From a candidate division FCPU426 bacterium (lineage in GTDB: Bacteria; Oederibacteriota; Muellerivitia; Muellerivitales; Muellerivitaceae): 64,000 bases of DNA. Positions 56,752-64,000 of the stretch are shown here, one piece after another. The DNA is taken from contig CAVRAL010000004.1 in NCBI GenBank assembly GCA_963719085.1, forward strand, positions 640,001 to 704,000, written 5' to 3'. A program made the position numbers and the translations under genes. Positions within the stretch are counted from its first letter, which is position 1. Each line of letters starts with the position of its first letter. The notes beneath the pieces are model-generated. The model was given only the letters and a program-made list of their open reading frames with translations. It made no database searches and was not told the DNA's origin.

Positions 56752-57591
56752 TTGAAGCCCCACGAGGGATCGCTTAAGAAAAAAACCAGTTTTTATTATC
56801 CCCTTCTTTTGCTGCCCAAGGAAAAACGGGCGGCCATGGAAACCCTTTATCGCTTTTGCTGGGCGGCGGATGAAATCGCCGACGGCCCGGGCTCCCACGC
56901 GAAAAAAGAACGGGATCTGGCGGACTTCCGCAAGGCGTTGAAATCTTGCTTCAAAGGCCGGGCCCAAGATCCTTTGTTCCGGAATTTAAGGGAAGTCATT
57001 GAGCAATTTGGGCTTTCGCAAGAGCCCTTGGAGCGGATTCTTCAGGGCGTGGACCGCGATTTGAAGCCCCTGCGTTTTAAAACCTTTTCCGAGCTTCACC
57101 GCTACGCCTCGCAGGTCGCCGGAGGCCCGGGGCTTTCCAGCATGGAAATTTTCGGTTTTAAAGATCTCCCGCACCGCCATTACGCCGAAAACCTCGGTCT
57201 GTTCCTTCAAATCGTCAATATGGTCCGGGACTTCCGGGAAGACGCCCAAATGGGCCGTCAATATCTGCCCCAGGAAGACTTTCAAAGATTTAAGCTCAAC
57301 CCCGACGCCCTATCGCCCAGCGACTTATCTTGGAGGCACTTTGTGGACTTTCAGTTGACCCGGGCCGAGTCGTTCCTAGAAAAATCGAGAAAATCCCTGA
57401 CCCGCCTGGAGCGCTCCCAGCTTTCCACGGCCGAAGCCATCGCCGGGGTTTATGGACGCTTAAAAGAAAAATTAAGGGCCGCCCCGGAGCGGATTCTTCA
57501 AGGCAAGCTGTCCCTTTCGCCCCTCGAAAAAATTTCAGCCGCCGGCCTGGCCTTGGTCCGCTGCGCGGCCTGGAAAAGAATCTCAAAGTGA
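56752..57591 (+). CDS. hpnD: Presqualene diphosphate synthase HpnD
   Basis: TSFYY, ADEIAD, Y..QVAG, QIVNMVRD..ED...GR.YLP. Confidence 0.85.
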   Translation: MKPHEGSLKKKTSFYYPLLLLPKEKRAAMETLYRFCWAADEIADGPGSHAKKERDLADFRKALKSCFKGRAQDPLFRNLREVIEQFGLSQEPLERILQGVDRDLKPLRFKTFSELHRYASQVAGGPGLSSMEIFGFKDLPHRHYAENLGLFLQIVNMVRDFREDAQMGRQYLPQEDFQRFKLNPDALSPSDLSWRHFVDFQLTRAESFLEKSRKSLTRLERSQLSTAEAIAGVYGRLKEKLRAAPERILQGKLSLSPLEKISAAGLALVRCAAWKRISK

Positions 57592-58934
57592 ACCCCAAGG
57601 TTTTAGTGGTGGGGGGCGGTTACGCCGGCATCGCCGCGGCCACCGCCTTGGCCGAAGCCGGAATCACGGTCGATCTTTTGGAATCCCGGGGCTTTTTGGG
57701 CGGGCGGGTTTATTCCACGACCCCCACCGAAGCCTTTCCCGCTCCCGTGGACAACGGCCCCCACCTGCTGATGGGTTGTTATCGGGAAACCTTCAAGCTT
57801 TTCAATCGCTTAAAAGTCACCGGTGGATTTCATTGGATTGATCCCTTATCCCTGAGCTGGGTTTCCCCGGGCGGCTCAAAGACCACTTTGGATTGCGCCG
57901 CGCTTCCCGCGCCCTTTCATTTGGCCTGGGGACTTTTAAAATCCAGCGCTTTTCCCGGTGTTGAAAAATTGAAGTTGGCCTTGGCGCTGGCGCCTTTTGC
58001 CGGGCATCCTTTTTTAATCCCCAAAAGCGCGCGTACGGTGGCTGATTGGACCCGCCTCACCCGCCAAGGCGTAACCACGCGGGAGCGTTTTTGGGTTCCC
58101 TTTTGCCGTGCCGTCATGAACGTGCCGCCCGAGATTGCGCCCATCCGGGGCTTGGGCGAGGTGCTGAACCGCGTTTTTTTTAAAAGCCGCCGGGACAGCG
58201 CGCTGGTGGTGTCGGCCAAACCCTTGAGCGAAATCGCCTTCCCGGAAGCCTTGGACTATCTGCGCTCCAAAAGGGGGACGGTTCATTTTAGGGAAGGGGC
58301 CCAAGCTTTAAGTTTGGCCTCCGGACCCTTTCAAGTGGAGAGTGTTTCGGGGAAAAAATTCACCGCCGACGCGCTTATTTTGGCCTTGCCTGTCCGGTCT
58401 TTGGAAGCGCTTTGGAATTCTTGCGGCCTGCCAGCCCCCGCCGAAGAATCCCGTCTGGGGAAATCCCCCATCCTGTCCGTTCATTTGATCTTGGAAAAAC
58501 CCATCCTCACCGGCCACCTGGCGGGCCTGCCGGGGGCGAATTTCGACTGGGTTTTTAACCGCAACGCCAATTGGGGCTATTCGGGACCCGGCCAATATGT
58601 GAGTTTGGTGTGCAGCGGGGATTTGGATTTGGCGCGTAAACCCGAGCGGGAAATTTTGGTCAAGGCTTGGGAAGAGCTGCAAGATCGGTTTCCGGAGCTG
58701 TCCGGCACCCAGCCGCTTTATTCCAAGGTCACCAAGGAAATGTCGGCCACCTTTTTTTGGAGCGAGCAAGCCGGCGCGTTAAGACCTTCCGCCGCCACAC
58801 CCTTCGCCAATATTTTTTTGGCCGGGGATTGGACCGCCACCGGGCTTCCCGCCACCATCGAGGGGGCCTGCCTTTCGGGCCATCGGTCCGCCGCGCGGGC
58901 CTTGGCCTATTTCCGGGGCGCCGGTCTTAAATAA
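57588..58934 (+). CDS. hpnE: Hydroxysqualene dehydroxylase HpnE
   Basis: GGGYAG, GGR, DNGPHLLMGCY, LAGDWT.TGLPATIEGA; GTG 57588 overlaps hpnD stop. Confidence 0.88.
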   Translation: MNPKVLVVGGGYAGIAAATALAEAGITVDLLESRGFLGGRVYSTTPTEAFPAPVDNGPHLLMGCYRETFKLFNRLKVTGGFHWIDPLSLSWVSPGGSKTTLDCAALPAPFHLAWGLLKSSAFPGVEKLKLALALAPFAGHPFLIPKSARTVADWTRLTRQGVTTRERFWVPFCRAVMNVPPEIAPIRGLGEVLNRVFFKSRRDSALVVSAKPLSEIAFPEALDYLRSKRGTVHFREGAQALSLASGPFQVESVSGKKFTADALILALPVRSLEALWNSCGLPAPAEESRLGKSPILSVHLILEKPILTGHLAGLPGANFDWVFNRNANWGYSGPGQYVSLVCSGDLDLARKPEREILVKAWEELQDRFPELSGTQPLYSKVTKEMSATFFWSEQAGALRPSAATPFANIFLAGDWTATGLPATIEGACLSGHRSAARALAYFRGAGLK

Positions 58935-58969
58935 GCCGGCGCCCGCGAGCGCCTTGTCTATTTTGAATT

Positions 58970-60100
58970 TCAACCCCGGAAGAAATCCAATACCTTTTGG
59001 ATGACCTCGGGCTGGCGCTCTTCCAATCCGACCCACAGCGGAAGACGGACCAACCGGGAACTTAACTCGTCAGTATGGGTCAAGGCTCCCGAAGCCCGTC
59101 CATAAACCCGTCCCGCGGGGGAGCTATGGAGCGGCACATAATGAAAAACCGCGTTAACGTCATTTTGATTCAACCATTTTAAACACCGATCCCGCTCGCC
59201 CAGGGACGGCAGCAATAAATAATACAAATGGCCGTTGGATTGACATTCCTCGGGAATCCGGGGGCGCCGCAGTTTCCCCGTTTTTTCCAAACCCTCAAAA
59301 GCCCGGTGATAGTTATCCCAAAGGGCGGTTCTTCTGCCTTGGATCACCTCCATTTGCTCCAATTGGGCCAATAAAAAAGCCGCGGATAATTCGCCGGGCA
59401 AAAAGGAGGAACCCACATCCACCCAAGTGTATTTATCCGTTTGGTTTTTAAGGAATTGGGCCCGGTTAGTTCCTTTTTGTCTTATGATTTCCGCTCGCTC
59501 AAAAAACCGATCCTCGTTAATTAAAAGGGCTCCACCCTCCCCTGAGTGGATATTTTTGGTCTCATGAAAACTCAAGGCGCCCAAGGCGCCCAGACTTCCC
59601 AACGGACGGTTCCGGTACCGGGCCCCGATCGATTGGGCCGCGTCCTCCACCACGGGTAAGCCGTGGCGGCGGGCGATTTCTAAAATTCGGTCCATCTCGC
59701 AAGCGACTCCCCCATAATGGACCACCACGATCGCTTTGGTCTTAGCCGTTATGGCCCGCTCAATCTGGTTCTCATCGAGGTTTAGGGTATCCGGTCGGAT
59801 ATCCACGAATACCGGTATGCCACCCCGTAAAACGAAGGCGCTGGCCGTGGAGACGAAGGTATAGGACGGCATGATCATTTCATCGCCCGGCTTTATCTCT
59901 AAAAGCAAGGCGGCCATTTCCAGCGCTCCCGTGCAAGAGTGCGTTAAAAGGGCTTGAGGACAGCCGATCGTTTTCTCAATCCAAGCGTGGCACTTCCGGG
60001 TAAAGGGGCCGTCGCCGGCAAGCTGGCCATGGACATGGGCCTGTCCGATATATTCCAATTCTTTGCCGGCCAAATAAGGTTTATTAAAAGGAATATGCAT
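58970..60100 (-). CDS. rffA: dTDP-4-amino-4,6-dideoxygalactose transaminase
   Basis: IPFNKP, SCTGALEM, EDAAQ, SFHETKN, DKYTWVD.GSS. Confidence 0.9.
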   Translation of the reverse strand: MHIPFNKPYLAGKELEYIGQAHVHGQLAGDGPFTRKCHAWIEKTIGCPQALLTHSCTGALEMAALLLEIKPGDEMIMPSYTFVSTASAFVLRGGIPVFVDIRPDTLNLDENQIERAITAKTKAIVVVHYGGVACEMDRILEIARRHGLPVVEDAAQSIGARYRNRPLGSLGALGALSFHETKNIHSGEGGALLINEDRFFERAEIIRQKGTNRAQFLKNQTDKYTWVDVGSSFLPGELSAAFLLAQLEQMEVIQGRRTALWDNYHRAFEGLEKTGKLRRPRIPEECQSNGHLYYLLLPSLGERDRCLKWLNQNDVNAVFHYVPLHSSPAGRVYGRASGALTHTDELSSRLVRLPLWVGLEERQPEVIQKVLDFFRG

Positions 60101-60106
60101 AAGGCG

Positions 60107-60976
60107 TCAGTCCTTTCGGGCGACTAATAGCAGGGATCCACCCCAAGGAAACCGCAGTCCCATTCGGATGAGAAAACGCTCCAAGGTTAAAACCTGTTCC
60201 AAGCCCCAACTGAGCGGGAGCGACAGCTTTAATTCGGCCGCGGGATCAAAATCGGCGCTTGGCTTTTGCTTGCGCCGCCTTGTGAGCCAAAGCACCGGCA
60301 AAAGCAGCCAAACAAAGCTGACCACCTCCACCACGCGAAAACCCGCGTTTTGGACTTTCTCGATCAATTCGTTTTTCTCATACCGGCGGAGATGGCCGCT
60401 GAATTCATCCACATAACTCCATAAAAAGGCGTGTTGCGGCACGGTGAGAAGAAGGCCGCCGCCTGGAATTAAAGCTTGGCGCGCCTCGGCCAAGACGGCT
60501 TCGTCCTGGGGGATGTGTTCCAGCGTGTCAAATAAGGCGATCATATCGAATTCATCCCGATAGGGAATATTTAAAGCGTCCATTTGAATGAGCGGTGAGC
60601 GGGCCAGGCGTTTGGCGGCGAATTCCAGGCCGCTGGCGTAAATTTCAGCGCCGCATAGTTCCATTTCGGGAAAATCTTTTTCGATTCGGGATAAAACGTA
60701 CCCGGTGCCGCATCCGATCTCCATCGATTTACCCTTGGAGGGGAACCACCGGCGCACCGCCCAAACGATCAGCTCGTTCCTGGCGCGGAACCAGAAATGT
60801 CCTTCTTCCAGGGGAGCCAAGCGTTGGAAACTGTCCGGCGGAAAATGCTCATTAAAGGCCGAGGATTCGGGAGCGAATGAAAGGATCCCGCCGATTCGGC
60901 CCGGCTGATAGCCGCAGGCGGGGCATTTCCACTCTTGTCCTGAAAAAGTCTGACGGCATGCCAGGCAAAATTTCAT
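60107..60976 (-). CDS. Class I SAM-dependent methyltransferase
   Basis: N-terminal CxxC..CxxC, HFWFRAR, EIGCGTG, FDTLEH, H.RRY. Confidence 0.85.
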   Translation of the reverse strand: MKFCLACRQTFSGQEWKCPACGYQPGRIGGILSFAPESSAFNEHFPPDSFQRLAPLEEGHFWFRARNELIVWAVRRWFPSKGKSMEIGCGTGYVLSRIEKDFPEMELCGAEIYASGLEFAAKRLARSPLIQMDALNIPYRDEFDMIALFDTLEHIPQDEAVLAEARQALIPGGGLLLTVPQHAFLWSYVDEFSGHLRRYEKNELIEKVQNAGFRVVEVVSFVWLLLPVLWLTRRRKQKPSADFDPAAELKLSLPLSWGLEQVLTLERFLIRMGLRFPWGGSLLLVARKD

Positions 60977-61141
60977 TTCGCACCCACCGCGGGAGTATGG
61001 GAAAACAAGCTTGGGAGAATCCTATATTCTCGTGAGTTTAACCCACCCTTGGGATCCCAGGATAGGCTCGAATTTTCTTCCCGACAAAATTCAAAAAAAC
61101 GCGAATTGCGGCGTTCTTCGTTCCTTCGCGTCGCCCAGGCG

Positions 61142-62611
61142 TTATCCATCCGCCTTCAGCTTTAGCCAAGTGGTTTTTTTCTCCGAATAAGCGTCGATCG
61201 CGTCCAAGGATTTTTCTTTACCGCCGTTCCCGGATTGCTTAAATCCCCCAAAAGGGGCCGTGAGATCATCCTCGCCATAGCAGTTCATATGGACGGTCCC
61301 GACCCGCAGATCCCTCGCCACCCGGTGCGCCCGGTTAATGTCATCGCACCAAACGGCGGCGGCCAGCCCGAAGAGGCTCGCGTTCGCCATTTCAACAGCC
61401 TCCCGTTCATCCTTCGCGGAAATAACGGACAGCACGGGGCCAAAGATTTCTTCTTGCGCGATCCGCATGTCATTTTTGACATCGGAAAAAATGGCCGGGG
61501 TCATATAAGCGCCCCCGGGAACCGGCTCCACGCTTTCGCCCCCGGCCAACAGGGAGGCCCCTTCTTTTCGGCCGAGGGAGACATAACCCAAGACTTTTTC
61601 CAATTGGGAATGATCCACCATCGCCCCGCTGGTCGTTGTTTCGTCCAAGGGGTCCGCCGGCTGATAAGCGGGGATCAAACTCAAGAGACGCCGGAGGACC
61701 TCTTCCCGAACGCCCGTTTCCACAATTAACCGCGAGGGTGCCGAACATATCTGGCCCTGATTGAAAAACATGTTCTTGGCCACCGCGCGCGCGGCGGCGT
61801 CAAGGTCGCCGCATTCCTTCAAAATAATGAAGGCGCTTTTACCTCCGCACTCCAGCGACACCCGCTTCATATTGGATTGGCCCGCGTCGATAAGGATTTC
61901 TTTCCCAACGCTGTTGGAGCCCGTAAAGAAAACACCATCCACCTCCGGATGCAGGGCCAGACATTTCCCCGTGACCTCGCCCCGGCCCGGAAGGATGCTC
62001 AACACGCCTTCCGGGATTCCCGCTTCCCGCGCCAAACGCCCGAGAAAAAGCGCGCTGAAAGTGGCCTGTTCGGCGGGCTTCAGGATTAACGAGTTTCCCG
62101 CGGCCAACGCGGGGCCGATCTTCCAAGCCACATTTTCCATCGGAAAATTCCATGGGGTGATGCCGGCCACTACCCCAATGGGTTCCCGGGTGATGGTAGC
62201 GATCGACTCGGGGCGGGGCGGGGCGCATTCGCCGTACAATTTATCCATGGCCTCCGCGTACCATCGGATGCATTTCACGGCCAGCGGGATATCGTTCGTG
62301 AGACAGTCCCGGATCGGTTTGCCCATGCTGAGCGTGTCCCGAAACGCCAACTCACGGGAATGGGCCTGGATGAGGTCGGCGAATTTGAAAAGAATCTCTT
62401 TTTTTTCGTCCGCCGTCTTGTCCCGCCAGATTTTGGACTCGAAAGCGCGGCGGGCCGCTTGAACCGCCTTTTCTATATCCCCCGGGGAGCAGGAGCGTAT
62501 CTCGGGCAGCGCCCTCCCATCCACCGGGCTGCGGCGGGCGACCACCTCGTCTCCGGAGGACTTGACGTAAGTTCCGCCCCAAAAAGCGAACGCGCCCTCG
62601 TCATCCTTCAT
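61142..62611 (-). CDS. Aldehyde dehydrogenase (PuuC-like)
   Basis: PWNFP, FTGS, LECGGKS, GQICSA, EEIFGP. Confidence 0.92.
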   Translation of the reverse strand: MKDDEGAFAFWGGTYVKSSGDEVVARRSPVDGRALPEIRSCSPGDIEKAVQAARRAFESKIWRDKTADEKKEILFKFADLIQAHSRELAFRDTLSMGKPIRDCLTNDIPLAVKCIRWYAEAMDKLYGECAPPRPESIATITREPIGVVAGITPWNFPMENVAWKIGPALAAGNSLILKPAEQATFSALFLGRLAREAGIPEGVLSILPGRGEVTGKCLALHPEVDGVFFTGSNSVGKEILIDAGQSNMKRVSLECGGKSAFIILKECGDLDAAARAVAKNMFFNQGQICSAPSRLIVETGVREEVLRRLLSLIPAYQPADPLDETTTSGAMVDHSQLEKVLGYVSLGRKEGASLLAGGESVEPVPGGAYMTPAIFSDVKNDMRIAQEEIFGPVLSVISAKDEREAVEMANASLFGLAAAVWCDDINRAHRVARDLRVGTVHMNCYGEDDLTAPFGGFKQSGNGGKEKSLDAIDAYSEKKTTWLKLKADG

Positions 62612-62621
62612 TGTGTGCGTG

Positions 62622-64000
62622 TTAATAGTCGCCTCCCTCGGGTTGGGACGATTCTAATTTTGAAATAACCGCCTGGCGAAGTTTTATCCTCTCGAGCTTT
62701 CCAACGAATGACCGGGGAAAATCCTTCATCATCACAATATGGTCGGGGCGCTCGTGCGGCGAAAGATTTTGCCGGCTGAAAATGGCCACCTGGGTGGACA
62801 CGTTGGACTGGCCCGCCGCCGGGATGACGCAGGCGACGATGGCCTCGCCCCAAAAGGGATGGGGAATCCCCACCACGGCCACCTCGTCCACTTCTTCCAT
62901 GACTTCCAGAACCGCTTCCACCCGGGCCGGCGAAATATTAACCCCGCCCCGAATGATAATGTCTTTTTTGCGGCCCGAGATCTGGATTTTTTCCTCGCTT
63001 CGCTTCGCCAAGTCGCCGGTGTCCATGTATCCCTTTTCATCAAAGGGGGAAATCAACCCGCCGTCTTGAAGGTAGCCTAGCATGGCAAAAGGCGACTTAA
63101 TCCACAAATCTTGGGCCGTTTCGCCCCGGAGGGATATCTCCAACCCGTCCAGCGGGACTCCCCAGTCGCTAAGATTTTCCGCGTCCTCTTTTTTTTGAAA
63201 AGTGAGCGGGCCGCCCAGTTCGGTCATGCCATAGCAATTCTGCAAAGGAAGCTGAAACAATTCCAAAAACTCTTCCTGCAAGGCCCTGGGAATGGGGGCC
63301 GAAGTGCACTGGACTTGCCCCACCCGCGAGCGGACCTCCTGGCGCGGGGAGCTCATTTTAGAGACCCGGCATAACGCCGCGGCGATGGTGGGGGTCAGGC
63401 TGAGCGTATTGATGCCCGTCTTGAGCGGCCGGGTTAAAAAATCGAGAATCGTGGCGGGGGAAAACATAGGACCCTCCACGATGGAGGCCCCGGCCATCAA
63501 AGGCGCGAAAAATGAATTGAGAATGCCGGCCATATAGGCCATGGGAAAAACGTGGTAAAGCCTGGTGCGCTCCGACATGTCCGTGAGATCGGCGAAAGCC
63601 TTGGCGCTTCCCAAGATGTTACGCAGACTGTGGCAAATCGCCTTCGGTTCGCCGGTCAGCCCTGAGGTAAACAAGATGAAAAACGGCTGGTTTGGGTCGA
63701 ACCCGAGGGAAAAATCCTCATCTGATCCGGAAGCCGGCGCGAAAAAAAGCGGGGGGACTTCTCGAACCACTAAGGCCGGCGAAACCAGGGACGAAAGTTT
63801 TCGGATAAGCTCCGGGTGGTGGCTGGGAGGAATGGGACAGGCGACAAACCCGCCGATGGCGCAGCTTAAATAACAGCAGGGAAGGGCGAAACTGTTCGGC
63901 AATAAAAAAACGATGACATCCCCCGGCTTGCAGCCCAAGCTTTTCCAATGGTCCGCCAGCGCTTTTGACATACGCCAGTAATCGGCATAGGTGAAGATTT
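62622..64000 (-). CDS. Class I adenylate-forming enzyme (acyl-CoA ligase-like), 5' end beyond right edge
   Basis: FTSGLTGEPK, YGMTE, DTGD, GRKKDIIIRGG; frame stays open to window end (IFTYADYWR). Confidence 0.88.
   Translation of the reverse strand, partial: IFTYADYWRMSKALADHWKSLGCKPGDVIVFLLPNSFALPCCYLSCAIGGFVACPIPPSHHPELIRKLSSLVSPALVVREVPPLFFAPASGSDEDFSLGFDPNQPFFILFTSGLTGEPKAICHSLRNILGSAKAFADLTDMSERTRLYHVFPMAYMAGILNSFFAPLMAGASIVEGPMFSPATILDFLTRPLKTGINTLSLTPTIAAALCRVSKMSSPRQEVRSRVGQVQCTSAPIPRALQEEFLELFQLPLQNCYGMTELGGPLTFQKKEDAENLSDWGVPLDGLEISLRGETAQDLWIKSPFAMLGYLQDGGLISPFDEKGYMDTGDLAKRSEEKIQISGRKKDIIIRGGVNISPARVEAVLEVMEEVDEVAVVGIPHPFWGEAIVACVIPAAGQSNVSTQVAIFSRQNLSPHERPDHIVMMKDFPRSFVGKLERIKLRQAVISKLESSQPEGGDY

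Noticed and set aside
55847..58934. hpnCDE without an adjacent squalene-hopene cyclase as a novelty
   Set aside because: shc is often unlinked; this cannot be judged from the window.

Overview
Gene-dense bacterial chromosomal window, probably from a diderm (TolC, lipoprotein and outer-membrane barrel genes); the lineage cannot be assigned from sequence alone. Recognisable content: a carbohydrate/envelope operon (DUF547-like, glucose dehydrogenase, GH63-like glucosidase, DedA/TVP38, ArnT-like transferase running off the left edge), a three-gene degenerate Mrp module, ABC-2 exporter, TolC+RND pair with no adaptor, ECF sigma, TPAT/TRAP transporter, NAD genes (pncB, pncA, nadE), lipA joined to a sulfonate-type ABC importer, glycine cleavage genes with a GcvPA-GcvPB fusion, adenylate cyclase, prfC, a sulfotransferase/GT2/TIGR03032 cluster, erpA-DUF2480-lipoyl ligase-lpdA, queD, SRAP, tRNA-Val(CAC), hpnCDE and a surface-polysaccharide cluster running off the right edge. 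Most notable signals: (1) intergenic elements built from inverted arrays of short tandem repeats: one octamer-armed cassette enclosing a decayed GxxExxY nuclease gene, one gene-less copy with related arms, and one heptamer-armed gene-less element; (2) several intact ORFs lacking their family's catalytic residues, above all a catalytically dead RAYT/IS200-like transposase homolog coupled to the lipA-ABC operon; (3) repeated leaderless-type promoters. No CRISPR array, rRNA or intact mobile element was seen. All family calls are from motif recognition by eye, not database searches. The ORF track's minus-strand label for 43276..44976 is wrong: prfC is on the plus strand.
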